Of a DNA stretch of 64,000 nucleotides, positions 30,818 through 42,747 are shown piece after piece; position 1 is the first letter of the stretch, and each line of letters opens with the position of its first letter. Below the pieces are notes generated by a model. It saw only the letters and a list, made by a program, of their open reading frames with translations, did no database searches and was not told where the DNA came from. Source of the DNA: an uncultured archaeon (GTDB lineage: Archaea; Thermoplasmatota; Penumbrarchaeia; JASLWR01); contig CAYFHS010000008.1 in assembly GCA_964342815.1 (NCBI GenBank), positions 68,813 to 132,812 on the forward strand. Direction: 5' to 3'. The translations under genes were made by a program, and so were the position numbers.

Positions 30818-31422
30818 TGCCAGATGATAGGGAAGAATTGGCCTCGGACGATATGTTTCTCACCTCCGGCGTCCATATTGGTACACAGCAAAAAAGTGCT
30901 GACATGATACCGTATATATTCAAGGTCAGGAACGACGGTCTTTATGTATTGGATATCAAGAAAACCCGTTATAAGTTAGCTGTGGCCGGAAAATTCCTTT
31001 CAAGGTACGATCCCAAGAAAATACTGGTGGTTTCCGCCAGGCAATACGGGCAGAATCCAGTAAAAATGTTCTCAAAGATAATTGGTACCAAATGTTTTCC
31101 TGGTAGATATATACCTGGAACACTGACGAATTCCCTTCTACCTTATTACACCGAACCGGACGTTCTGGTGGTCACAGATCCGGCAGCCGATTCTAAGTCA
31201 CTCCGCGAAGCTATCAGGAACGGGATTCCCGTGGTAGGTTTCTGCGATGCCAACAATCTTACCAGAAATGTGGATCTCGTTATACCAGCAAACAACAAGG
31301 GACGGAAATCCCTTTCTCTTATCTACTGGCTGCTGGCAAGAGAGATTTTGAAATGCAGGGGTATTCTGGAGAATTATTCTGATTTCATATATAAACCCGA
31401 TGAATTTGAAGCGAGACTTTAA
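30817..31422 (+). CDS. rps2: 30S ribosomal protein S2 (uS2), archaeal type
   Basis: GVHIGTQQK, GRYIPGTLTN, VIPANNKGRKSL. Confidence 0.96.
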   Translation: MPDDREELASDDMFLTSGVHIGTQQKSADMIPYIFKVRNDGLYVLDIKKTRYKLAVAGKFLSRYDPKKILVVSARQYGQNPVKMFSKIIGTKCFPGRYIPGTLTNSLLPYYTEPDVLVVTDPAADSKSLREAIRNGIPVVGFCDANNLTRNVDLVIPANNKGRKSLSLIYWLLAREILKCRGILENYSDFIYKPDEFEARL

Positions 31423-31531
31423 GTAATATCTTTTCGGTTAGATTATTGTTCATGATAGCGATTTGGCTGGAATCACGCTTTCCAGATCATTTTCATTTTT
31501 TTAGGTAGCAGAACCGAGGAGTTGACGATAT

Positions 31532-32398
31532 ATGAGAGAACCGGCTGTGGCCGGACAATTCTATCCGGCTTCGAAAAGAAAGTTAAAACGAGATATTGAA
31601 AAATCCTTCAAACATTCTTTGGGCCCCGGTGAAATACCAATCCTGCCGGACATCGGAACGGGAAACGTACTTGGAGGTGTTTTTCCCCATGCGGGCTACA
31701 TGTTCTCCGGACCAATAGCAGCCCATTCGGTTTCGGCGTTCATTGACAGCGGTATGCCGGATGTACTTGTGGTCATCGGTCCCAATCACACCGGACGAGG
31801 CCGGGGAGTTGCATTATCCGATGAAGATTTCAGGACTCCACTGGGTGTAGTTGGTCATGACGAAGATGTGGGCCAATTCTTTCGGGAAAGCGGCATTCCC
31901 GTGGATAATTTAGCCCACCGATTTGAACACTCTTTAGAGGTCCAGCTGCCCTTCTTCCAGTATTTTGATAAATCTATAAAGATCGTGGCAATCAGCATGG
32001 GCTCTCAGAACCAGGAAAATGCTGTAAAAGTAGCAAATGGTATAAAACTAGCAATACGGGAATATCAAGGTAAGATAGGAATCGTGGCCAGTTCTGATTT
32101 TACACACTGCGGCTACAGTTATGGTATCCCGGTTCCACCTGGTATGACTGCAGGGGAATATGCTAGAAAGGAAGACAAGAAGGCGATATCATGTATTCTA
32201 AATATGGATGGTCCCGGTCTTATACAAACTGTACGCAGATACGGAATATCCATGTGCGGCTTTGGACCGGTTTCTTCAATGGTCATTGGATTGGAGGGAA
32301 AGGCTAAGAAAGCAAAAATGCTGAAATACGCCTCATCATACGATATTATGCCCAGTGGATCCGCGGTGGGTTACGCATCAATAATTCTGACGAAATGA
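31532..32398 (+). CDS. MEMO1-family protein (AmmeMemoRadiSam protein B)
   Basis: REPAVAGQFYP, PHAGYMFSG, GPNHTG, EHSLEVQLPF, SSDFTH, MCGFGP, VGYAS. Confidence 0.93.
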   Translation: MREPAVAGQFYPASKRKLKRDIEKSFKHSLGPGEIPILPDIGTGNVLGGVFPHAGYMFSGPIAAHSVSAFIDSGMPDVLVVIGPNHTGRGRGVALSDEDFRTPLGVVGHDEDVGQFFRESGIPVDNLAHRFEHSLEVQLPFFQYFDKSIKIVAISMGSQNQENAVKVANGIKLAIREYQGKIGIVASSDFTHCGYSYGIPVPPGMTAGEYARKEDKKAISCILNMDGPGLIQTVRRYGISMCGFGPVSSMVIGLEGKAKKAKMLKYASSYDIMPSGSAVGYASIILTK

Positions 32399-32406
32399 TC
32401 TTTGGA

Positions 32407-35199
32407 TTACTCTACGATTATTGCCGGCTTGCAGGGCAACGCCTTTTCCGCTTTCTTTTCATCCGTCGATTCTTCGTTCACAATTACCACTTCCGCTAGG
32501 AATTTGGCGGAGAGAATATCACTTATTTCATGGAAAAAAATTATTTCGTCCTCTCTCGGGAACAGGACATCCGGGGCAAGGCTAGGTCTCTTCATGAAGC
32601 TTCCGAGCATCTTGTTCACCAGCTTTCCGTGTTCCCTCATAAGTGATTCGGACATCAACCGTTTCATTATCTCTCTGTAATCCTTAGACCTCCTGAATTC
32701 TTCCCTGAAAACTTCTACGAAACGGTATTTCCATTCCTCTGCCACGAATATCTTGATCCGGCTTGGATCCGGGTTGGATATGATCTGGAGAATGTCTTTA
32801 ATATCCTCCACAATGTTATCCAGCATTTTCCATTTGAATGTGTTCTCATCACTGAGGATGCTATCATCATGTACTGGCCAGTTACTTACTGAAGCGAAAT
32901 CGGTTCCACCCATAACCTCGTTCACCACTTCGGAAAGATGTGGTGTTACCGGAGCCAGAAGCAACATCATGGTCTTCTTGGACTTCTGGAATAATTCGGG
33001 GTAAATTCCCCTCTCCTTGTAAGCTGAAAGCTCATTTATAAAACGCATCAGATGATTTATCGCATCCCTGATCATGAGTTTTTCGAGACTTTCGGTAACG
33101 TCCCGAATGGTAGCATTCAGCCTGAATTCCAGTAATGAATCCTCCGCATCCGCTTCATTCTTAATCTTCCAGGGGTCCTCCATCAACAACCTATAGGTCT
33201 TTGAGAGGAATTTATATACGCTTTCAACACCCTCGTCGGTCCACTCAAGGTCCCTTTCCGGGTTCGAACCGAACAATATGAAGAAACGGGCACAATCTGC
33301 CCCGTATTTCCCGATCATCTCATCAGGACTCACCGTGTTTCCCAGGCTTTTGGACATCTTGGTGCTTCTAAGAGTCATCTTCCCCTTGCACTCGGGACAT
33401 TTTTCATCCACCACTTCCTTGAAATGTACGAAAATATTGCAGGTGGGACAGAAACAAGCTTCTTTGGTTACCATCCCCTGGGTCAACAACCTTGAAAAGG
33501 GCTCATTGAAATCCAGTAGTTCAAGATCCCTGAGAGCTTTTATGAAGAACCTCGCATAGAGTAGATGCATAATTGCATGCTCGATCCCTCCTATGTACTG
33601 GTCAACCGACATCCAGTAGTTTACCTTCGCACGGTCAAAAGGTAACTTATCATCATCCGGTGAGCAGTAGCGGAGGAAATACCACGAGCTGTCCACAAAG
33701 GTATCCATGGTATCTGTTTCCCGTTTTGCCGGATCCCCGCATTCCGGGCAGTCAGTATTGATGAATGAAGGCGATGTGAGCAAAGGATTTCCTTCACCTG
33801 TGAAGGTTACATCTAGCGGTAATTTTACAGGTAATTCATCATAAGGGACCGGGACGATTCCGCACTCGGTACAGTAGACCACAGGGATCGGAGTTCCCCA
33901 GTAACGCTGCCTCGAGATAAGCCAATCTCTCAACCTGTAGTCTATTGTGGGCCCACCCATCCCCATATCCCTAAGTTTTTCCGAAATGTACTGTTTGGCC
34001 TCATCATTCCTGAAACCAGTGAACTCGCCGGAATCTATCAACTCTCCCTCTCCCTCGTACGCCCGAATCATTTTTTCCCCATCAAGACGATAATCCGATG
34101 GTGAAATCACCACAATGATGGGAATATCGTGAACCTTGGCGAACTCAAAGTCGCGCTGGTCATGGGCAGGGACCGCCATCACAGCACCGGCTCCGTACTC
34201 GTAGATGACGAAATTCCCTACATAGATAGGAACCTCTTTACCGTTTATGGGATTGATGGCGTACTTTCCGATAAACATTCCCTTCTTTTCCTTGTTAGCG
34301 TCCAAGCGTTTGAACTTGTCCTCACTGAGCACTTCCGTAATAAAAGAATTGAATTCATCCTCGTATTCCGTCCCTTCTACCCATTCCCTCACCCGCGGGT
34401 GTTCGGGAGCATATACCATAAAGGTAACTCCGAAAAGTGTGTCCGGCCTTGTTGTAAAAATCGGGATCTCCTGGTCGCTATCCTTTACTTTGAACCTTAT
34501 AAGAGTCCCCTCACTTCTCCCGATCCAATTTTCCTGCATTGTCTTCACACGAGGCGGCCAATCCAGACCGTTCATTCCCGCGAGAAGCTCATCTGCATAT
34601 TTTCTTATATTGAAGAACCACTGCTCCCGTTCCTGGGGCATTATCTCTGAAGAACACCTCCAGCACCTATTGTTAATAACTTGCTCGTTTGCCAGAACCG
34701 TTTCACACCCGGGACACCAGTTCACGAAGGCTTCCTTCCGGGAGACCAATTTCTTTTCCAAGAACTTTAAAAATATCCACTGATTCCATTTGTAATAATC
34801 GTCATCACAACTCTGTATCTGCCTCGACCAATCATAACTGAGACCCATTCTCTGCTGCTGGCTCTTTATAGTTCGGATATTCTTCCATGTCCATTTCACA
34901 GGCTGGACACCATGCATTATGGCTGCATTCTCGGCAGGTAGACCGAACGCATCGTATCCCATTGGATAGATCACATTGAAGCCGCGCATTCGCTTGAAAC
35001 GTGCGAGACAATCACCAATGGAATAGTTTCGAAGATGACCCATATGGAGGCTAGCGGAAGGATAAGGATACATTTCAAGGCAGTAGAATTTCTCCCGGCC
35101 ACTGTCCAGATCCACCTTGAAGGTCTCAGCTTCGGCCCATCTCTTCTGCCATTTTTCCTCTATCTCATCAGGTCGATATTCTATTGTCATTTTCTCCAC
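32407..35199 (-). CDS. leuS: Leucine--tRNA ligase
   Basis: [12 protein letters not shown] (HIGH), CP1 editing domain ([19 protein letters not shown]), KMSKS. Confidence 0.96.
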   Translation of the reverse strand: MEKMTIEYRPDEIEEKWQKRWAEAETFKVDLDSGREKFYCLEMYPYPSASLHMGHLRNYSIGDCLARFKRMRGFNVIYPMGYDAFGLPAENAAIMHGVQPVKWTWKNIRTIKSQQQRMGLSYDWSRQIQSCDDDYYKWNQWIFLKFLEKKLVSRKEAFVNWCPGCETVLANEQVINNRCWRCSSEIMPQEREQWFFNIRKYADELLAGMNGLDWPPRVKTMQENWIGRSEGTLIRFKVKDSDQEIPIFTTRPDTLFGVTFMVYAPEHPRVREWVEGTEYEDEFNSFITEVLSEDKFKRLDANKEKKGMFIGKYAINPINGKEVPIYVGNFVIYEYGAGAVMAVPAHDQRDFEFAKVHDIPIIVVISPSDYRLDGEKMIRAYEGEGELIDSGEFTGFRNDEAKQYISEKLRDMGMGGPTIDYRLRDWLISRQRYWGTPIPVVYCTECGIVPVPYDELPVKLPLDVTFTGEGNPLLTSPSFINTDCPECGDPAKRETDTMDTFVDSSWYFLRYCSPDDDKLPFDRAKVNYWMSVDQYIGGIEHAIMHLLYARFFIKALRDLELLDFNEPFSRLLTQGMVTKEACFCPTCNIFVHFKEVVDEKCPECKGKMTLRSTKMSKSLGNTVSPDEMIGKYGADCARFFILFGSNPERDLEWTDEGVESVYKFLSKTYRLLMEDPWKIKNEADAEDSLLEFRLNATIRDVTESLEKLMIRDAINHLMRFINELSAYKERGIYPELFQKSKKTMMLLLAPVTPHLSEVVNEVMGGTDFASVSNWPVHDDSILSDENTFKWKMLDNIVEDIKDILQIISNPDPSRIKIFVAEEWKYRFVEVFREEFRRSKDYREIMKRLMSESLMREHGKLVNKMLGSFMKRPSLAPDVLFPREDEIIFFHEISDILSAKFLAEVVIVNEESTDEKKAEKALPCKPAIIVE

Positions 35200-35273
35200 T
35201 TCCCGAGCATTCCAGCAAATAAAGTCCTTTGCCTATTTTTTCCCCCCTATCTATTTTTTTCTATATTATTTAT

Positions 35274-35470
35274 CGTGTAAAGCCATCCCATTCTGGCACG
35301 TCTTTACTTAGAAGTCAGTCCAAATGTTCCTGACTTTACGTGTAAAGCCGACCCATTCTGGCACATCTTACTTGAGAAGCCAAGACCTATGGGCTTGGCT
35401 GAACAAGTAATAGGGCCCGGTACGGGACACCTTTACCAAGAAGACGGTCACTTTGTTCCCGTCTTTACCT
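35274..35470 (+). repeat. Tandem REP-like units with a terminal hairpin (three units)
   Basis: CGTGTAAAGCC..CCCATTCTGGCAC recurs at 65-nt spacing (35274, 35339). Hairpins at 35312-35336, 35378-35400 and 35441-35465. Confidence 0.85.
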
Positions 35471-35501
35471 GAAAATAGAGCAATCTTGGGAATGTAATAA
35501 C

Positions 35502-36455
35502 ATGGGAATGGGTAATTATAAATCGTTGGTCAATATTCACCGGGTCATTGGAGGTATGCAAATCAACAACGATGGTTTTCCTGATATTCAGAACATGATT
35601 TCCAAAAGACATTTTCTATTAACGCGGGTAGGGATCACTGGATTAAAAAAACCCACGGTGGTGGAAAGGAATGGCAGGAGGATCAATCTCATACCCACTT
35701 TCGATGTTTATGTCGATCTGCCTGCATATCAAAAAGGATCCCATATGTCCAGAAACGCCGAAGTGATCAATAAAATAGTGGATATGAGTGTGAGAACTCC
35801 GGTAAAATCCCTGGAAGAACTAGCCTCGAAGATCGTGGAGGAACTGCTCGCAACTCACGATTACGCAAGCTTTACCCAGGTGGATATGTCCTCCGATTAT
35901 TTTCTCGAAAAATCATCACCTCTTGGAAGAAAAAGCCTCGAGAACTATAAGATCAAGGCTTCAGCGAGGATGGCAAGGAACGGCCAGTTAAAAAAGACAT
36001 TGGGTGTAGAAGTAGTGGGAATGACCGTATGTCCCTGCGCCATGGAAATTACAAGAGAGATGATATCTTCTCAGTATCCAAAGGATAAGGAAACTATTTC
36101 GGAAATGCCTATGCTTACTCACAATCAGAGGAACATATCCAGTATAGAGCTTGAAATTCCACCTGAAGTAAATGTTGAGGCTGATGATCTTGTGGATATA
36201 ATTGAGAGCAGCCAGAGCTCCCCGACATTTGAGATTCTGAAAAGGTCAGATGAAGGGAAGGTGGTTTTAAACGCCCACAAGAATCCAAAATTCGTTGAAG
36301 ACGTCGTTAGGGATATTCTTTACTATCTACTTGAAAGGTATCCCAATATGCCCGGTAACGCGAAGGTTAAGGTGAAAAGCATAAGCGAAGAATCCATACA
36401 CAAACACAATGCAATAGCTGAGCGTGTTACCACTTTCACAGAACTTAGGAAATGA
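35502..36455 (+). CDS. mptA: GTP cyclohydrolase MptA (FolE2 family)
   Basis: LTRVGITG, QKGSHMSR, GMTVCPCA, HNQR, PKFVEDVVR, ESIHKHNA. The true start may lie slightly downstream. Confidence 0.92.
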   Translation: MGMGNYKSLVNIHRVIGGMQINNDGFPDIQNMISKRHFLLTRVGITGLKKPTVVERNGRRINLIPTFDVYVDLPAYQKGSHMSRNAEVINKIVDMSVRTPVKSLEELASKIVEELLATHDYASFTQVDMSSDYFLEKSSPLGRKSLENYKIKASARMARNGQLKKTLGVEVVGMTVCPCAMEITREMISSQYPKDKETISEMPMLTHNQRNISSIELEIPPEVNVEADDLVDIIESSQSSPTFEILKRSDEGKVVLNAHKNPKFVEDVVRDILYYLLERYPNMPGNAKVKVKSISEESIHKHNAIAERVTTFTELRK

Positions 36456-36637
36456 GGGACTAAGACGGATTCATCTAATTCTCAGAAAAAAGAAAATGAA
36501 ACCGATGACATTTCCATCATTAATGCTTAAAACCATATCCCGCTATTACTCTCAGTGACAATTTTAGATTTCTTATACGAAATATAAAAAAGTAAATAAG
36601 CTCCATTTGTTATTCCGGTTGGTAATTGTGATGAACA

Positions 36638-37438
36638 ATGAAAACCGAGAAAAGAATCCTCGTGGTCGATGATGATAAATTCATAAGGAACGGGCTGTCA
36701 GAACTTCTTTCCCGAGAGGGATTTTTCGTTGATACGGCGCCCAACGGTGAGTTGGCACTGGAGAATGTCAGAGACAACATTTATAATCTTATTCTTACAG
36801 ACATTAAAATGACAGGTATGGACGGACTTGAATTATTGAAGAAAATAAAGAAAATCAAACCCTATCTCAATGTAATATTGATCACTGCCTATGCCACCGT
36901 CGATATAGCCATCGAAGCCATGAAGTACGGAGCATCGGATTTCATTACAAAACCCTTTTTGATAGATAATATTATCCGGGTAGTGAAGATCAATACCCAT
37001 CAATTGGGGGATCTTATCAAGGAAGATAAACTAGTTCACAATGACACCAGAGACCGGATACAAGATTTCATCTCCACCAATCCCGGCGAGCATTACCGTT
37101 CGATACAGACCAAACTTCAGCTGGGTAACGGAGTTTTGAATTACCACCTGCACCTTCTTGAGAAAAAGAAATTGATAAAGACCAACAAGGATGGCATTTA
37201 CAAACGTTATTATCCCATGACTCTGATGATACCAAAGGGGACTAATCGAAAGTTATCGAAAACACAGGAAAAGATTGTCAATCTCATCAATGATAGACCG
37301 GGAATCCTTCAGCATGACATTTCATCCTCGTTACGCATCAGCCGCCAGTTGACGAGTTACCATGTTCGAAAATTAGTGAGAAACGGGACCCTGAAGACAA
37401 TAAAAGACGGAAAACAATCCCGATTTTGGCTGGATTGA
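36638..37438 (+). CDS. Response regulator: receiver domain + double winged-helix DNA-binding domain
   Basis: LVVDDD...LTDIKM...ITAY...TKPF. The C-terminal part is homologous to the wHTH protein at 53349-53912. Confidence 0.88.
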   Translation: MKTEKRILVVDDDKFIRNGLSELLSREGFFVDTAPNGELALENVRDNIYNLILTDIKMTGMDGLELLKKIKKIKPYLNVILITAYATVDIAIEAMKYGASDFITKPFLIDNIIRVVKINTHQLGDLIKEDKLVHNDTRDRIQDFISTNPGEHYRSIQTKLQLGNGVLNYHLHLLEKKKLIKTNKDGIYKRYYPMTLMIPKGTNRKLSKTQEKIVNLINDRPGILQHDISSSLRISRQLTSYHVRKLVRNGTLKTIKDGKQSRFWLD

Positions 37439-37521
37439 ATGGAATTATTTTTCCAGCGCGAAGGGATGGATATGTTTATCTATAATGGAATTGAATTTTG
37501 TTGCGGACATGAGAAATCTAT

Positions 37522-38250
37522 TTGAAGATAGCAAAGTCGTTTGGTGATGACATGAATATGCATGATGGAAAGACGGACGAAAAGACATTTAAGATTCTTT
37601 TAGTAGATGACGAGGAGGAGGTATTAAGGGCTCTTGAGCGCACCCTACGTTCCACATCGATCTTCAAAGTCGATGTGACCACAGCAAAGGACGGTATGGA
37701 AGCTCTTGGAGAACTCGAGAAGAAAAAATTCGACCTGGTTCTCGCGGATTATAAAATGCCAGTGATGAACGGAATCGAGCTTTTAGCCCTTGTAAAAAAG
37801 AATTATCCAAAGACAGTTCGAATCCTGATTACTGCTTTTGGAGATAAAAACTCGGCAATCGAGGCCATCAATACAGCGGAAGTCCACAGTTACCTGGAAA
37901 AACCCTGGGATGACAGTGAACTTCAAATGAACATCCATGAAGTATTGGCAAGAAAATACGAGAGAGAAAATGCTTCTATTAAAGCTGTATCCAGAGTGAA
38001 GGACGCATTCAAACTTCTGAAAAAGTACCAGAAGAACCTGACACCTATCCCGGCAGAGCACATATCAAAACAACTTATCATGCTGGAGTTCAATTCCTCG
38101 GATGAATTCAACAAATTCGCCTTTGGAGTGAAAAGCATGGAGAACGTCCGGATAGAGGACATCCAAATATTCGAAGACAGGCATATAATATCGATCGTTG
38201 TACGCCCGGGAGAATTTGCCTATATTCCTCACATTACCAACATAGATTAG
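37522..38250 (+). CDS. Response regulator receiver protein with an unknown C-terminal domain
   Basis: LLVDDE, LADYKMP, LITAF, YLEKPW. Confidence 0.88.
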   Translation: MKIAKSFGDDMNMHDGKTDEKTFKILLVDDEEEVLRALERTLRSTSIFKVDVTTAKDGMEALGELEKKKFDLVLADYKMPVMNGIELLALVKKNYPKTVRILITAFGDKNSAIEAINTAEVHSYLEKPWDDSELQMNIHEVLARKYERENASIKAVSRVKDAFKLLKKYQKNLTPIPAEHISKQLIMLEFNSSDEFNKFAFGVKSMENVRIEDIQIFEDRHIISIVVRPGEFAYIPHITNID

Positions 38251-38339
38251 AAAACAATATCCTTTAATGTCCGGGCACTTGTTTCCTTTCCAGAAAAAAT
38301 ATCAATCTTCCAAATGAAGGATAAATAATCTCAAAGTAT

Positions 38340-41300
38340 TTGGAGACTGGGAAAATGGGTGAAATGAATCCGGAACTTTTTCGTACAATATTTAAAACAG
38401 TGAAGGAGTTCATTCACATATTGGATACCAGCGGTAGGATATTGAAAACAAACCCTCATACCATCAAAACTCTCGGATATAAAAAAGAAGAAATAGTGGG
38501 TAAACCACTGGTTGATTTCTTCAGTCCTGGTTCAAAGAAAATCTTCACCAAATCATTTCCCGAAGTAATGGAAAAAGGTGAAGGTCGTCATGAAGTGGAG
38601 CTTGTCTGTAAAAATGGTCGGATCATAACTGTGGATTGCCAAACAACGGTAATTCGGGATACGGAAGAGAACATCAGCTCCATCGTGGTCGTGGAAAGAG
38701 ATATTACTGAGAAGAAAAAGACAGAAGCTATTCTTATGAAGAGCGAAGAGAAATACCGCATCCTGTTCGAGCGTTCCAACGACGGCATATTTTTAGTTAA
38801 TAACAAAACAGGGAGATATATTGATGCAAATGAGGCGGCCGAACGGATTACCGGCAGGTCGATTTCCGAGCTGAAGACCCTAACCACAAAAGATATCAGT
38901 CCACATTTTGCGGATGAAAGGCTCCACAAATTGCGTACAATTAGTGAAAGTTTCAATTTCGGTGAAGTAAACTATATACATAAAGACGGAACAACCATCA
39001 CAGCCATACTGGATGCCATTCGTCTTAATGAGGAATTAATTTTCGGGGTCGCTCATGATATTACGGCTCGAAAGAAAGCGGAGCGGAGGCATGAATTCGC
39101 AACCGAAATACTTGAGGTACTGAACAGCCATAGCACTGATATGGATTTAGTAAAGGCCATTCTACTGAAGATACAAGATTACAGTGGTATGGAAGCCGTT
39201 GGGATCCGCTTGCGTGAAGGTGAAGATTTTCCATACTATCGTACCAGTGGTTTCTCAGAGGAATTCGTTGAAGCGGAGAGATATCTCTGCAAGCGAGACT
39301 CCAGGGGTGGACTGATTAATGATTTGTCCGGAAGTCCCGTTCTCGAATGCATGTGCGGGAATATTTTACGACGCAGGACCGATCCGTCGAAACCATATTT
39401 CACAGAAGGCGGGAGCTTCTGGTCCAATAACACCTCCCAACTTCTTGTTACAACCACCGAGGAGGACCGTATGGCTCGCACACGAAATCGGTGCAACAGC
39501 GATGGCTATGAATCGGTTGCTTTGATTCCACTTCTATCAGGCAGCGAGATAATCGGACTTCTTCAATTGAACGATCACAAGATCGGGAGATTCACTATAA
39601 AAGACATAGAGTTTTATGAAGAGATTGGTGCATCCATCGGAGTTGCCTTGAAGCGTGTAAAGGCAGAGGAGGAACACCATCTCGTAAGTGAGATCATGTC
39701 AAATATGAATGAAGGGGTCTACCTTATCAACGTAGAGGATATTGAAATCGTTTGGGCCAATCCCAAATTTGAAAGGATGTTCGGTTATGATCCAGGGGAG
39801 ATGCTTGGTAAACACGTTTCCATCGTCAATGCTCCAACAGAGCGTGACCCTAGGGAGACCGCAAAAGAGATCACAAAGATTTTAAAAGAGACGGGTGAAT
39901 GGCACGGAGAGGTTAAAAACATTAAAAAAGACGGAACACCGTTTTGGTGCTATGCAAACACATCGGTATTCAATCATCCTTTTTACGGCGAAGTAATGGT
40001 TTCGGTTCATACCGACATAACAGAAAGCAAGATCGTGCAGGAAGCTCTGCTGAAAAGTGAAAGGAAACACCGGACACTTTTCGAATCAATGTCTCTGGGT
40101 GTCGTTTATCAAAATGCCGACGGAAATATTACATCTGCAAATCCGGCCGCGGAGCGGATACTTGGTCTGACACTGGACCAGATGCAGGGCCTAACGTCCA
40201 TAGATCCCCGATGGAGAGCAATACATGAGGATGGTTCAGACTTTCCTGGTGAGAATCACCCGTCCATGGTTGCTCTGAAAACCGGAACGAATGTGGAAAA
40301 TGTGATAATGGGTGTTTTTAATCCATCAAATGAAGAATATACCTGGATAAATATTAATGCCGTTCCACAGACCAAACCTGGTGAGGAAAAACCTTTCCAG
40401 GTCTACACGGTTTTCGAAGATATCACGGTTCGTACGCGGATGGAGGCTGAGAGAGAAAAACTCTTACATGACCTCGGTGAGCGTGTAAAAGAACTAAGGG
40501 GTCTCTACGGCCTGTCCAAGTTAGCCGGAACACCATACGACAAATTGGAGGAACTCTTTCAAAGTATGGTCGAATTATTACCTCCATCTTGGCAGTATTC
40601 CGATCATTGTTGTGGAAGAATAATATTTGAAGGTAACAAATTCGAATCAAGTCATTTCAAAGAAACCAAATGGAAGCAGGAGGCTTCAATTCACATCAAT
40701 GGAAGAAAAATGGGAGTCGTGCAGGTATTTTATAAAAAAGAGTTTCCCATAGTTTTCGAAGGTCCGTTTCAAAAAGAAGAACGGCACCTTATTAACGAGA
40801 TTGCGGAACGTATGGGAGAAATAATTCAACAAAAAAGGCCGAAGAATCATTATTAACTGAAAGATACCGGCTTTCTTCCATTTTAGATGGTACCAATGTC
40901 GGTACATGGGAATGGAATGTCCAGACCGGAGAGACCATACACAACGAGCGTTGGGCTGGAATCCTGGGTTATACACTGAAAGAGATCAAAATTATTTCGT
41001 CGGATATCTGGTCGGATTTCACCCATCCTGATGATCGAAAAATAGCTGAAGAGCTTTTGAAAAACCACTTCAATAAGGAATTGGATTACTATTCGTGTGA
41101 AATCCGCATGCGTCACAAGAATGGGGAATGGGTTTGGGTGTTGGATCAAGGTAAAGTAGCCACTTGGACCAAAGACGGAAAACCCCTTCTTATGTTTGGA
41201 ACCCATACGGATGTATCGGAGCATAAACGAATCTTGGGTGAACTTCAACAAAGCGAGGAACTCTTCAAGCAATTCTTCGAAAATGTACCGGAATACTGTT

Positions 41301-42745
41301 ACATGGCAACCCCGGAAGGAAAGATCATGGACGTGAATAGAAGTGCGTTGCGGATTCTCGGTCATAAAAAGGAAGACGTAATGGGGAAATCGCTTCTCAA
41401 TACAGTTTATGAACCGACATCCCGGGAGACAGCTAAAAAACTATTTAAGGAGTGGAAAGAGAAGGGAGAAATGAGGAATAAAGAATTGAACATTGTGACG
41501 AAAGATGGTACCGAACGGACAGTGCTTCTCAGTGCCAATGCAGTTAGGGATTCCCAGGGAAAGATACTTCATTCGGTTTCCATACAAAGAGATATCACCG
41601 ACCGAAAAAAGGCCGAGGAAAAGGTCCGGAAAATGTCTCAAGCCGTTGAACAAAGCCCTGCACTGGTGGTGATCACAGATAACAAGGGCGATATCGAATA
41701 CGTAAATCCGAAATTCTGCCAATTGACCGGATACACCAATAAGGAAGTAATTGGGAAGAATCCCCGAATCTTGAAATCTGGTCACCAATCGAAAATTTTT
41801 TACAAAGAACTATGGGATACCATTATTTGCGGAAAAGAATGGAGGGGAGAATTCCATAATAAAAAGAAGAATGGTGAGCTGTACTGGGAATTTGCATCGA
41901 TCTCTCCCATTTTCGATGAAAAAGGTGAAATAACTCATTTCATTGCTATCAAGGAAGATGTCACGGATCGAAAGGGAATGGAAAAAGAACTCAAAGAATA
42001 TGCGGATCATCTTGAAGATGAAGTAAGAAAACAGACCAACGAATTGGTTCAAGCTGAAAAGATGGCCACAATAGGTATGGTCGTAGCCGGTGTTGCCCAT
42101 GAAGTCAATAATCCCCTGGCATACCTGAAATCCAATTCCAATTTTCTCAAAAATGATTTTTCTCAGCTGAAATCGGTACTGAAAAAAAAGAAAATTGATG
42201 TGGATTTTGAAGAATTTCAGGAATTATTGGACACAAATCTCGAAGGATTGGAGAGAATTGCAAATATCACAAAAGCATTGAAACGGTTTGCGAGACCCGA
42301 CACCGGTGGACGAGCTTACGTAAATATCAATCAGGGCATTAAAGATACTCTGATAATGGTGTATAATCAATTAAAATTCAGGATTACCGTTCATGAAGAT
42401 TATGGTGAGATCCCTATGGTGGATTGCAACATCGGCCAGTTGAACCAGGTTTTTATGAATCTGATAATAAATGCGTCCCAATCGATGAACAGGGGAGACA
42501 TTTGGATAAGAACATGGTCCGATGATCAAAATATCTACATCCGAATAAGGGATAACGGCATCGGAATACCCAAGGATAAGATAAAAAGTATATTCGACCC
42601 GTTCTATACCTCGAAAGAAAACGGAACCGGGGTGGGTTTAAGTATCAGTTATCGTATAATCCACGACCATAACGGGGAAATAAAGGTGGAAAGCGAGAGC
42701 GATGTGGGAACTACCATGGTAATAAAGCTACCGATGGAGATATAA
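38340..42745 (+). pseudogene. Multi-PAS/GAF sensor histidine kinase split by a single frameshift at the A6 run 40831-40836 (ORF parts 38340-40856 and about 40832-42745)
   Basis: The upstream part has PAS-PAS-GAF-PAS-PAS and no kinase. The -1 frame is open from 40832 (KAEESLLTERYRLSSILDGTNVGTWEW...HPDD) into the 41057 ORF, which begins mid-PAS and ends in HisKA (AHEVNNP) plus HATPase. Confidence 0.75.
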
Positions 42746-42747
42746 TA

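Noticed and set aside
35274-35470. CRISPR array
   Set aside because: Only two to three units; the conserved part is long and diverged, and the variable part is a covarying hairpin rather than a unique spacer; no cas genes.
40827-40840. Canonical programmed -1 ribosomal frameshift (A-AAA-AAG)
   Set aside because: The heptamer is not in the reading frame of the upstream ORF (codons are CAA AAA AGG).
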